Shown here piece by piece: positions 1 through 8,830 of a stretch of DNA of 63,343 nucleotides. Each line of letters starts with the position of its first letter. Positions within the stretch are counted from its first letter, which is position 1. The DNA is taken from NCBI GenBank assembly GCA_003567855.1, contig PWYM01000058.1, positions 1-63,343 on the forward strand, in the 5' to 3' direction. The position numbers were made by a program, and so were the translations under genes. The stretch is from Gammaproteobacteria bacterium (lineage in GTDB: Bacteria > Pseudomonadota > Gammaproteobacteria > Steroidobacterales > PWYM01). The notes below the pieces were generated by a model. That model did no database searches. It saw only the letters and a program-made list of their open reading frames with translations, and was not told the origin of the DNA.

Positions 1-1022
1 CGGTGCAGCACCGCGAGCAGCAGCGCGAGCCGGTTGGCGTCGGTGCCCACGGCCACGCGCCGCGGGTGGCTGCCCGCACAGTCGTCGACGAGCGCCTGCA
101 CCTCGACGAGCAGCGGTCTCGATCCCTCCCACGTCACGACCACCGCGCTGCCGGCCACCGCCGATTCCCGCCGCGACAGGAAAATCGCCGACGGATTCTT
201 CACTTCCTTGAAGCCGTCGTCGGCCATCGCGAACACGCCGATCTCGTTGGCCGCACCGAAACGGTTCTTGACCGCGCGCAGGATGCGGAAACGACTGCCC
301 GACTCGTTCTCGAAATACAGGACCGCGTCGACCATGTGCTCAAGCACACGCGGCCCGGCGATCGCGCCCTCCTTGGTCACGTGCCCGACGAGCAGCACCG
401 CGGTGCCACTGTGCTTGGCATGACGCACGAGCCGGGCGGTGCTCTCGCGAAGCTGCGCCACCGAACCCGGCGCCGATTGCAGCGCCTCGGTCCACAGCGT
501 CTGCACCGAATCGACGACCAGCACCGACGGGGAGTCGGTGAGCGCGTCGAGCATGCGCTCGACGCAGGTCTCGGACAACAGCTCGAGGTCGGCGTCGGCG
601 ATACCGAGGCGCTCGGCACGCATGCGGATCTGGGCGAGGCTTTCCTCGCCGGTGACATAACAGACGCGCCGGGCACCCGCCATGTGGCAGGCGGCCTGCA
701 GCAGCAGCGTGGACTTGCCGACGCCAGGGTCGCCGCCGACCAGGTTCACCGACCCCGATACCAGGCCACCGCCGAGCACGCGATCGAGTTCGGAGAGACC
801 GGTCGCGTGTCGGGTCTCGCCGCTGAGCGTGACCTCGCTCAGCCGCGCCCGCGCCGTCTCGCCGGCGTACTGCGCCCGCTGGCGTGGACCACTGGGCCCG
901 GGTGCCGGCGCCAGCGCCTCGACGAGCGTGTTCCAGCTTCCGCAGTCAGGACACTGCCCCTGCCACTTGGGTTGGCGGCTTCCGCACTCCGTGCAGACAT
1001 GCTCACGTCGGGTCCGCGCCAT
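1..1022 (-). CDS. radA: DNA repair protein RadA/Sms (N-terminal ~340 codons; 3' end runs off the window)
   Basis: Reverse translation from 1022 gives MARTRREHVCTECGSRQPKWQGQCPDCGSWNTLVE (RadA zinc finger). Further in comes ELDRVLGGGLVSGSVNLVGGDPGVGKSTLLL (Walker A). The 3..1046 + ORF in the track is its antisense shadow. Confidence 0.9.
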   Translation of the reverse strand, partial: MARTRREHVCTECGSRQPKWQGQCPDCGSWNTLVEALAPAPGPSGPRQRAQYAGETARARLSEVTLSGETRHATGLSELDRVLGGGLVSGSVNLVGGDPGVGKSTLLLQAACHMAGARRVCYVTGEESLAQIRMRAERLGIADADLELLSETCVERMLDALTDSPSVLVVDSVQTLWTEALQSAPGSVAQLRESTARLVRHAKHSGTAVLLVGHVTKEGAIAGPRVLEHMVDAVLYFENESGSRFRILRAVKNRFGAANEIGVFAMADDGFKEVKNPSAIFLSRRESAVAGSAVVVTWEGSRPLLVEVQALVDDCAGSHPRRVAVGTDANRLALLLAVLH

Positions 1023-1079
1023 CTAGCGCCTCCGGGACGAGGGTAAAAATCCTGCCGCAGGCAGCTCACAAACCGAGAA

Positions 1080-2948
1080 TTGCATCAATCATCCCCTTGG
1101 AACCCCCTGCTATACTGCCACGCGTTCAACGGGGTTATGTTCAAATCAACAACGCCATCAAGGCCCCTGCCACCGGAGCAGCGCATCGCTGACAGCCACA
1201 TGCCCGAGTCGCAAACCCGCAATATCCGAGCAGATCTCGTGGCCGCCGGCGTGCTGGTCCTCGCGATGCTGGTCGCCGCTTGGCCACCTTCCGCCGGCAT
1301 CCTGGTCAGCGTCGAGGCGATGCTCGCAGGTCTTGCGGGCAGCAGCGGCGAGCTGCCGCCCCGACCGGCTTGGGTGTGGCCCACCGAGGCGCTGCTCATC
1401 ATCGCACTCGGCATGGGGGTGATGCTCTGGGGGCGACACCAGCCACCATTGACGACGCTGGCACTGGCCGGTGCCGCGGCTCTGGGGCTGCTCGGCCTCG
1501 ACGTGATCATCAAGGCGCTGCAGCTCGCATCGCTGCAGCTCGTCGCCCCCGCGATCACCGCGCTGTCGGCAGCCGGGTTGTGCGTCGCGCTGGGCGAGCG
1601 GAAGTCACCGGCAACCGGGGGCGGTGCCGCGCCACAGGCGGGCGAAGCTGCGATGGCGCATGCCGCTGCCGGCGCGATGGCCGAACCACCGCGCGCGCCG
1701 AACCGCTCACGCGGTCCCACACCGCTGGTCCAGGCGCGGGCCGCACTCAAGCAGGGCCGGCTCGAACAGGCGTGGGAGCACCTGCGACGGGTGCCCGCGA
1801 CGACCGAGAGCCTCGAGACGCTCTATGCGCTCGGTGTCGAGTTCCAGCGCACCGGCCAGGCGGCCGAATCACGCGCCGTGTACGAACGCATCCTCCAGCA
1901 GGACGCCGAGTTCAGGGACGTGGGCGCCCGTCTGCAGGCGCTCGAGCGGCGTGGCGCACGCACCGCCGACACGCCCGCCGGGTGCGTCGACAATGGCACC
2001 CGCAAGATGCCCGCGCGCGGCGCAGCCCCCGAACGACCGCGTGATCCGCCCGACCTCAAGCCGGTGGGCAACACCAGCGGCAAGGCCCGCGAACCGGTGC
2101 GCCTGGTCGAAGGGCAGATCGTCACTCTCGGCCGTTACGAGATCGTCCGCGAGCTTGGCCGTGGCGCGATGGGCGTCGTCTACCTCGGGCGCGACCCCAA
2201 GATCAACCGCGTCGTCGCGATCAAGGCGATTCCGCTTGCCGAGGAATTCGAGGCGGAGGACCTGGACGAGGCCAAGGCGCGCTTCTTCCGCGAGGCCGAA
2301 ACCGCCGGGCGGCTCAACCACCCGAACATCGTCACCATTTACGACGTCGGCGAAGAACACGACCTTGCCTACATCGCGATGGAATTCCTCGAAGGGGAAC
2401 ACCTCTCCGGCCACGTCAAGCCGCAGCATCTGCTGCCGATGCCGGTGGTCGTGGACCTGATCGCGCGGGTTGCCGACGCGCTGGGCTACGCGCACCGTGA
2501 AAACGTCGTGCATCGCGACATCAAGCCGGCGAACCTGATGTACGACCGCGCCGGCGATACGCTCAAGATCACCGACTTCGGCATTGCACGGCTCACCGAC
2601 TCCAGCCGCACGCGCACCGGTATCGTGCTCGGCACCCCGTCGTTCATGTCACCCGAGCAGCTCGAAGGCAAGCCCGTCACCGGCCAGTCCGACCTGTTCT
2701 CGCTGGGCGTGACGCTGTACCAGCTGCTGACGGGTCAGCTCCCCTTCCGCGGCTCGTCGATGCCCAAACTGATGTTCGCGATTGCGAACCTCGCGCATGC
2801 GCCGGTGACGCAGGTGCGCCCCGAGCTGCCCGAGGGCTTGAACCAGATCATCGACATGGCGCTCGCGAAGAACCCCGCCGACCGCTTCCCGACCGGTGCC
2901 CACATGGCACAGGCGCTGCGGGCGTTCCACGCCCGCCTGGGCACCTGA
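1080..2948 (+). CDS. Hanks-type Ser/Thr protein kinase with N-terminal multi-pass membrane region, TPR-like segment and C-terminal catalytic domain
   Basis: Kinase motifs LGRGAMGVVYLG, VAIKAI, HRDIKPANL, DFGIA and GTPSFMSPE. About 4 hydrophobic helices at aa ~51-172. Start is uncertain (1080, 1137 or 1200 all possible). Confidence 0.85.
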   Translation: MHQSSPWNPLLYCHAFNGVMFKSTTPSRPLPPEQRIADSHMPESQTRNIRADLVAAGVLVLAMLVAAWPPSAGILVSVEAMLAGLAGSSGELPPRPAWVWPTEALLIIALGMGVMLWGRHQPPLTTLALAGAAALGLLGLDVIIKALQLASLQLVAPAITALSAAGLCVALGERKSPATGGGAAPQAGEAAMAHAAAGAMAEPPRAPNRSRGPTPLVQARAALKQGRLEQAWEHLRRVPATTESLETLYALGVEFQRTGQAAESRAVYERILQQDAEFRDVGARLQALERRGARTADTPAGCVDNGTRKMPARGAAPERPRDPPDLKPVGNTSGKAREPVRLVEGQIVTLGRYEIVRELGRGAMGVVYLGRDPKINRVVAIKAIPLAEEFEAEDLDEAKARFFREAETAGRLNHPNIVTIYDVGEEHDLAYIAMEFLEGEHLSGHVKPQHLLPMPVVVDLIARVADALGYAHRENVVHRDIKPANLMYDRAGDTLKITDFGIARLTDSSRTRTGIVLGTPSFMSPEQLEGKPVTGQSDLFSLGVTLYQLLTGQLPFRGSSMPKLMFAIANLAHAPVTQVRPELPEGLNQIIDMALAKNPADRFPTGAHMAQALRAFHARLGT

Positions 2949-2973
2949 TCGGGCCCGGCATGGACAACCGCCG

Positions 2974-3798
2974 ATGACCCTGCGCTCCAAGCTTGCCCAC
3001 ACCCAGATCACCGACACCGGTAAGGTGCGCGATCACAATGAAGATGCAATAGGCTCGAACGGCGACATCGGTCTGTATGTCGTTGCCGACGGCATGGGCG
3101 GCTACAACGCCGGCGAGGTTGCCAGCGGCATCGCGGTGAAAACCGTCCAGGAGCTCGTGACCGAAGCCTGTCATCGCGAGCGCCGTGCCGACGTGGACGC
3201 ACCCACCGGCATGATGCGCCAGACGATCATCCTGCGCGACGCGATCATGCGGGCCAACAAGATCATCTACAACACTGCACAGACGCAGAAGCAGTGTGAG
3301 GGCATGGGCACGACGCTGGTCGCATGCCTGTTCTGGGACAACCGCGTGTCCATCGCCCATGTTGGCGACTCGCGGCTATACCGGTTGCGCGGCGAGCGCT
3401 TCCAGCAGCTCACGATGGACCACTCGCTGCTGCAGGAGCTCGTCGACCGCGGCTTCTACTCGCAGGAGGAAGCCAGCCGCTCGACCAACCGCAACTACGT
3501 GACCCGCGCGCTTGGCGTGGAGCACAACGTGGAGGTCGAGGTGCACGAGGAGAAGGTGCAGCCGGGCGACCACTACCTGCTGTGCTCGGATGGTCTCCCC
3601 GACATGGTCGAGGACGAGGACATCCATTTGACGATCAACACCTTTGACGCCAACCTCGACATGGTCGGCAAGCAGCTGATTCAGCTCAGCAATGATCACG
3701 GCGGGCGCGACAACATCTCCTTGGTGCTGGTGCGCGTGCTCGAGTCCTTTCCCGCGGAAACGGGCCTATTGACGCGTATCCGCAGGCTTTTCGGCTAG
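2974..3798 (+). CDS. PP2C-family (PPM) Ser/Thr protein phosphatase
   Basis: Motifs GKVRDHNEDA, VVADGMGG, LLCSDGL and GGRDNISLVLV. First in-frame ATG after the kinase stop; the track ORF starts at 2896. Confidence 0.85.
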   Translation: MTLRSKLAHTQITDTGKVRDHNEDAIGSNGDIGLYVVADGMGGYNAGEVASGIAVKTVQELVTEACHRERRADVDAPTGMMRQTIILRDAIMRANKIIYNTAQTQKQCEGMGTTLVACLFWDNRVSIAHVGDSRLYRLRGERFQQLTMDHSLLQELVDRGFYSQEEASRSTNRNYVTRALGVEHNVEVEVHEEKVQPGDHYLLCSDGLPDMVEDEDIHLTINTFDANLDMVGKQLIQLSNDHGGRDNISLVLVRVLESFPAETGLLTRIRRLFG

Positions 3799-3817
3799 GT
3801 TTAGTGGAGCGAGAGCG

Positions 3818-4564
3818 ATGGCACGCCTTATTCTGAGTCTCGACGGTCAGGTACTGGCCGAATACAACATGAGCAAGGAACGCTATACCGTCGGCCGGCT
3901 CCCGGACAACGATATCCGTATCGACAATCCGGCCGTCAGCGGCCATCACTCGCTGATCATCAACATCCTCAATGACTCCTTTCTCGAGGATCTCAACAGC
4001 ACCAACGGCACCTACGTCAACGGCAAGCTGATCAAGAAGCATGCGCTGCAGAACGGTGACGTGATCACCGTCGGACACCACCAGCTGCGCTTCGTGGACC
4101 AGCGCGCGGATGACCTGGAGCAGGACGAGTTCGAACGGACCATGGTCATCCCGCCAAGCGCCGCACAGGTTGCTTCGGCGCGCGAGCGTGCGGTCGCCGC
4201 GGGTGCCGCCAGCGAGGCCGCGGTGTCTGCAGCCGCCAGCGGCCAGGCCGTGGCGGCCACGGCTACCGGCAGCCAGCCGGCCGCCGCCCAGTTGCCATCC
4301 GCCCGCCTGCAGGTACTGTCAGGCACCTTCGCCGGACGCGAGCTGCAGCTGGCCAAGGCGCTGACCACGCTGGGGCGGCCCGGCGTCCAGGTCGCGGCGA
4401 TCACCCGCCGTTCGGACGGCTTCTATATCGTGCACGTGGAGGGTCGCAATGCCGACGACTACCCGCTGCTCAACGGGCAGCCCACGGGCGCGCAGGCACG
4501 CAAGCTTTCGGACAACGACGTGATCCAGCTGGCTGGCGTGAAGATGGGTTTCTTTACCGACTGA
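3818..4564 (+). CDS. FHA-domain protein (canonical N-terminal FHA, Ala-rich linker, divergent C-terminal FHA-like domain)
   Basis: N-terminal TVGRLPDNDIRI...SGHHSLI...NSTNGTYVNG is the FHA signature (GR / SxxH / NG). C-terminal TLGRPG...LLNGQ is FHA-like but lacks SxxH. Confidence 0.8.
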   Translation: MARLILSLDGQVLAEYNMSKERYTVGRLPDNDIRIDNPAVSGHHSLIINILNDSFLEDLNSTNGTYVNGKLIKKHALQNGDVITVGHHQLRFVDQRADDLEQDEFERTMVIPPSAAQVASARERAVAAGAASEAAVSAAASGQAVAATATGSQPAAAQLPSARLQVLSGTFAGRELQLAKALTTLGRPGVQVAAITRRSDGFYIVHVEGRNADDYPLLNGQPTGAQARKLSDNDVIQLAGVKMGFFTD

Positions 4565-4576
4565 ACGACAGCGCAA

Positions 4577-5689
4577 TCAGTCTTCGATCACCATGTGCAC
4601 GCGCTGGGTAATGCCACACACCAGCTCGTAGCCGATCGTGCCGGCGCGGCGCGCGATGGTCTCAACCGGCAGGTCCCTGCCCCACAGCGTCACGGGGTCG
4701 CCGACCCTGGCGCCCGGGTGCAGCGTGAGGTCGACGGTCATCAGGTCCATGGAGATCCGCCCCGCAAGCGGGACCACGTGCGCGCCGACGCGCACCGGCG
4801 TGCCGTTACCCAGATGGCGCGGGTATCCGTCACCGTAGCCGGCTGCGGCAACGCCGATCACCGACTCGCGCTCGGCCCGCCACTGGGCGCCGTAGCCGAC
4901 GCTTTCACCGCGTGCGACCCGCTTGATCGCGATCAGCCGCGTCTCGAACTCCATCGCCGGCGTCAGGCGGTGGTCGGCGCCGGTCTCGTCGGCGAACGGC
5001 GAGATCCCGTAGAGCATCACCCCGGGGCGCACCCAGTTGGACAGGCGCCCCTCGTGCCCCGGGATATCGGGCACCGCCTGGGTTTCGGGCCAAGCGAGCA
5101 CACCCGCTGAATTGGCCAGGCTGTGATCGCAGGCGAGACCGTTGAACGCGCGCAGGAAACGACTGACCTGCGTGCGCGTCATCGGGTTTGCACGTTCCTC
5201 GGCACAGGCGAGGTGGCTCATCAGCTTCAGCGGCCTTGCCACGCACGCCAGTGACTGGAGCTGGCGCAGGATCACCGGCGCCTCGGCCAGCGGCATGCCC
5301 AGGCGGTTCATGCCGGTCTCGAACTTGAGCCACAGGTTGAAGCGGCCGCTTCCGCGGTAGAGCTCGAGCATGCGCAGCTGCTCGGGCGAATGGATCACCA
5401 CGTCGAGGTGGAAGCGCGCGGCGACGTCGAGGTCTTCAGCGACGAGCGGCCCCTCGAGCAGGATCACCGGGTGCGCGAGACCGGCCTCGCGCAGTATCAG
5501 CGCCTCCTCGGTGCGTGCGACCGCGTAGGCGTCGGTACGCGCCAGCGCCCGCGCGACCGGCGCGAGCCCGTGCCCGTAGGCGTTCGCCTTGACCACGGCG
5601 ATGATGCGACAGCCCGGCGCGGACTCGCGCGCGCGGGCCAGGTTCGCCGCGAGCGCCGACTGGCTGATCCGCGCCCGCGTGGGCGTCAC
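4577..5689 (-). CDS. alr: alanine racemase
   Basis: PLP-binding motif AVVKANAYGHG near the N-terminus, 370 aa. Its start overlaps the dnaB stop by 4 nt, matching the known dnaB-alr order. Confidence 0.9.
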   Translation of the reverse strand: MTPTRARISQSALAANLARARESAPGCRIIAVVKANAYGHGLAPVARALARTDAYAVARTEEALILREAGLAHPVILLEGPLVAEDLDVAARFHLDVVIHSPEQLRMLELYRGSGRFNLWLKFETGMNRLGMPLAEAPVILRQLQSLACVARPLKLMSHLACAEERANPMTRTQVSRFLRAFNGLACDHSLANSAGVLAWPETQAVPDIPGHEGRLSNWVRPGVMLYGISPFADETGADHRLTPAMEFETRLIAIKRVARGESVGYGAQWRAERESVIGVAAAGYGDGYPRHLGNGTPVRVGAHVVPLAGRISMDLMTVDLTLHPGARVGDPVTLWGRDLPVETIARRAGTIGYELVCGITQRVHMVIED

Positions 5690-7071
5690 GGATAACCACC
5701 CTCGGCGAAGGCTTCGGCGACGAAATTCTCGAACTTGGTGTACTCGCCGAGAAAGGTCAGCGGCACCTCGCCGATCGGACCATTGCGCTGCTTGGCGATG
5801 ATGATGTCGGCGATGCCCTTGCGGGTGGTGTCCTTGTCGTAGACTTCCTCGCGATAGATGAACATGATGATGTCGGCGTCCTGTTCGATCGCGCCCGATT
5901 CACGCAGGTCGGACATCACGGGTTTTTTGTCGGTGCGCTGCTCCACCCCGCGGTTGAGCTGCGACAACGCGATCACCGGCACCGACAGCTCCTTCGCAAG
6001 CGCCTTGAGCGAGCGCGAGATTTCCGAGATCTCGGTGGTCCGGTTCTCCTTGGTGCCGGCGACCTGCATCAGCTGCAGGTAGTCGACGACGATGAGGCCG
6101 AGTTCGCGTTCGCGGGTCAGCCTGCGCGCCCGGGCACGCACCTCGGCCGGCGTGAGCGCTGGGGGGTCATCGATGAACAGCGGCGCCTGCGCCATGATCG
6201 CGACTGCCGAGTTGATCCGCGACCAGTCTTCCTCCGAGAAATTGCCGGTGCGCAGGTGCGACTGGTTGACGCGGCCTATGGAGCCGATCATGCGGAACGC
6301 GAGCTGCTCCGACGGCATCTCCATGCTGAAGATCGCGACCGCCTTGCCCGCACCCATCGCCGCGTTTTCAGCGATATTCATCGCCAGCGAGGTCTTGCCC
6401 ATGGACGGGCGACCGGCGACGATCACCAGGTCCCCGGGCTGCAGGCCGGCAGTCATGCGGTCGAGTTCGGTGAAGCCCGTTGAAAGACCGGTGACATCAC
6501 CCTCGTGACTGGACAGGTAGTCCAGCCGGTTGATCGCGTCGGGAAGAAGCTTCTTGAGCTCCACGAACCCGACCTGGCCGCGCTTGCCGCGTTCGCCGAT
6601 GCGGAACACCCGCTGTTCGGCCTCGTCGACGAGCGTGGTCACGTCGCGCCCATCGGGCCTGTAGCCGCTGTCGGCGATTTCTCCGCCGGCCCCGATGAGC
6701 GCACGCAGGGTGGCGCGATCACGGACGATTTCGGCGTAGGCGATCACGTTGCTGGCGCTCGGCGTGTCGGCGACAAGCTGCCCCAGGTAGGTCAGCCCTC
6801 CAGCATCATCGAGCAGACCCTGCCGGTCCAGCCACTCGGAGACCGTGACCGCGTCGCAGGGCTCAGCGCGCTCGGCGAGATCGGCGATCGCGCGCAGGAT
6901 AAGGCGGTGGTCGCGGCGATAGAAGTCATCCTCGAGGACGATGTCGGCCACACGGTCCCAGGCGCCGCCATCGAGCATCAGCGCGCCGAGCACGGACTGC
7001 TCGGCCTCCACTGAATGTGGCGGCGTGCGGATTGCGGCGGTGGCCGCTGATGGTTCGCCGGAGATGGCCAA
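5686..7071 (-). CDS. dnaB: replicative DNA helicase DnaB
   Basis: PPHSVEAEQSVLGALM N-terminal motif, Walker A GRPSMGKTS, and the IVVDYLQLM / SQLNR motifs. 461 aa, so no intein. Confidence 0.95.
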   Translation of the reverse strand: MAISGEPSAATAAIRTPPHSVEAEQSVLGALMLDGGAWDRVADIVLEDDFYRRDHRLILRAIADLAERAEPCDAVTVSEWLDRQGLLDDAGGLTYLGQLVADTPSASNVIAYAEIVRDRATLRALIGAGGEIADSGYRPDGRDVTTLVDEAEQRVFRIGERGKRGQVGFVELKKLLPDAINRLDYLSSHEGDVTGLSTGFTELDRMTAGLQPGDLVIVAGRPSMGKTSLAMNIAENAAMGAGKAVAIFSMEMPSEQLAFRMIGSIGRVNQSHLRTGNFSEEDWSRINSAVAIMAQAPLFIDDPPALTPAEVRARARRLTRERELGLIVVDYLQLMQVAGTKENRTTEISEISRSLKALAKELSVPVIALSQLNRGVEQRTDKKPVMSDLRESGAIEQDADIIMFIYREEVYDKDTTRKGIADIIIAKQRNGPIGEVPLTFLGEYTKFENFVAEAFAEGGYP

Positions 7072-7118
7072 GATGCGGTGGTCGCTCGACGGCAGTGACG
7101 TGCCTCGACACTAGCACA

Positions 7119-7145
7119 CCGGCCGGCGGACGGGCCGCCGGCCGG
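7119..7145 (-). terminator. GC-rich hairpin immediately 3' of rplI (11-bp stem, 5-nt loop)
   Basis: ccggccggcgg (7119-7129) is perfectly complementary to ccgccggccgg (7135-7145). It sits 13 nt downstream of the rplI stop. No clear U-tract. Confidence 0.4.
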
Positions 7146-7157
7146 GTGCCGGGTCGA

Positions 7158-7607
7158 TTACTCGGTGCCGGTGACGATCACGCGGATCGTGACGTCGACG
7201 TCGCTGTGCAGGTGCACCTCGATCTCGTGTTCACCGGCGGCGCGGATCGGGCCATCGCCCATGCGCACCTCGGCACGCTCGATCTCGAGCCCGCGGGCCG
7301 CGGCGGCGTCCACAATCTCGGTCGGACCGACCGAACCGAACAGCTTGCCTTCGCCGCCGACCTGGGCCTCTACCGTCAGCTCCAGGCCCTCGAGCGCCGC
7401 GGCGCGCTTCTTCGCCGCCGCCAGCTCCTCGGCCGCCTTTGCTTCGAGTTCAGCGCGGCGCGCCTCGAAGGCGGCGAGGTTCTCGGCGGTCGCCGGCTGC
7501 GCCTTGCCCTGCGGCAGCAGGAAATTGCGCGCATAACCGGGACGCACCCGCACCTTGTCGCCGATACCACCGAGGTTTTCGACCTTTTCCAGCAGGATCA
7601 CTTCCAT
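7158..7607 (-). CDS. rplI: 50S ribosomal protein L9
   Basis: MEVILLEKVENLGGIGDKVRVRPGYARNFLLPQGKA is the classic L9 N-terminus. 149 aa. Confidence 0.95.
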   Translation of the reverse strand: MEVILLEKVENLGGIGDKVRVRPGYARNFLLPQGKAQPATAENLAAFEARRAELEAKAAEELAAAKKRAAALEGLELTVEAQVGGEGKLFGSVGPTEIVDAAAARGLEIERAEVRMGDGPIRAAGEHEIEVHLHSDVDVTIRVIVTGTE

Positions 7608-7652
7608 CGTCTCGTCTCCGTAGCAGGCGCCACGCCGGGCGCCATGAGCATG

Positions 7653-8579
7653 TCAATCTTGAGGCGGGTGTTCACCGATCGCGACGGTCGGTCTCAGGCC
7701 CAGCCAGTTGTCGAGGTACCCCGCCGTCATCAGGCCGATCATCACCACCGGCGCGAGCGGCGTGGGCAGCAGCGCAATCGCATACACCATCACCAGCCAC
7801 AGCGGGTTCCAGCCCCGCCTCGCGACCGTCGCATGCACAACCGCCAGGCCCTGCAGCGTGAACGCAAGCACGAACACCACTGTCATGTTGGTCAGCGCCG
7901 GCCACTCGAGCAGCCAGGCCCCGACGAGCACCACCGTCGCGACTCCGCTGACCAGGCGTCCGAGGCTCAGCTGATGAAAACCGGCCGCCGCCAGCGCCTG
8001 CCCCTCTGCGAGGCCCTGCAGTCCGCGCGCCAGCAGCAGCGCAACGGTCACACTGAGCAGCAGCCCCGCCAGCGCGAGCCCGAACACCAGGTTCGCAAGC
8101 ATCGCGGCGACGGCGTCGACGTCACCCTGCGTGGCACCGAGCTGCTGCATGAACTCGGCGGCCAACGCCTCGCGCAGTTCCGCAGCCGGCATTGCCGAGC
8201 CGAGTATGCCGGCGAGCACCGCGGTGGCCAATACGCACACCTGCAGCGTCAGCGACAGCGACCCGCTGCGCGCGAGCAGTGTTGCAGCGAGGCTGACCAG
8301 TGTCAGGATCAGCAGCCCCGCGGTGAACACGCCGAACGCCGCACCCCCGCTGAGCAGCACCACGATCCCGACGATCGCCGCGGCAGCCAGCGACGCGATC
8401 GCCCCGACCTGCGGCCCGCGCAGCAACGCGACGAAGGCGATCATCGCCGCCGACAACGGCATCAGCAGCGGCACCATGAAAAACGCCGCCGCGATGAGGA
8501 CCGGCCGGTGTGCCGACGCGGCCAGCCACCGCGCCGCGCGCTGCGGCATCGGCGCGGCGGGTTCACCGCCGTCGGTCAT
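7653..8579 (-). CDS. polytopic inner-membrane protein, DUF2232/YybS-like, function unknown
   Basis: 308 aa, almost entirely hydrophobic helices. It occupies the rpsR-X-rplI slot that I recall holds a conserved hypothetical membrane protein in Pseudomonas. The family name is from memory, not from a search. Confidence 0.6.
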   Translation of the reverse strand: MTDGGEPAAPMPQRAARWLAASAHRPVLIAAAFFMVPLLMPLSAAMIAFVALLRGPQVGAIASLAAAAIVGIVVLLSGGAAFGVFTAGLLILTLVSLAATLLARSGSLSLTLQVCVLATAVLAGILGSAMPAAELREALAAEFMQQLGATQGDVDAVAAMLANLVFGLALAGLLLSVTVALLLARGLQGLAEGQALAAAGFHQLSLGRLVSGVATVVLVGAWLLEWPALTNMTVVFVLAFTLQGLAVVHATVARRGWNPLWLVMVYAIALLPTPLAPVVMIGLMTAGYLDNWLGLRPTVAIGEHPPQD

Positions 8580-8585
8580 CGCGGA

Positions 8586-8810
8586 TCAGTGCCGGTCGGT
8601 GTAGGGCAGCAGTGCCAGGTAGCGGGCACGCTTGACCGCAGTCGACAGCTGGCGCTGGTAGTTCGCCTTGGTGCCCGTGATACGGCTCGGCACGATCTTA
8701 CCCGTTTCCGTAACGTAGGCCTTCAGCGTGGCGATGTCCTTGTAGTCGATCTCCTTGACGCCGTCGGCGGTAAATCGGCAGAACTTTCTGCGGCGGAAGA
8801 ATCTGGCCAT
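8586..8810 (-). CDS. rpsR: 30S ribosomal protein S18
   Basis: [14 protein letters not shown]...IDYKD...[19 protein letters not shown]...[17 protein letters not shown]. 74 aa. Confidence 0.95.
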   Translation of the reverse strand: MARFFRRRKFCRFTADGVKEIDYKDIATLKAYVTETGKIVPSRITGTKANYQRQLSTAVKRARYLALLPYTDRH

Positions 8811-8830
8811 GGTGAGGTCTCCTGTGGAAC

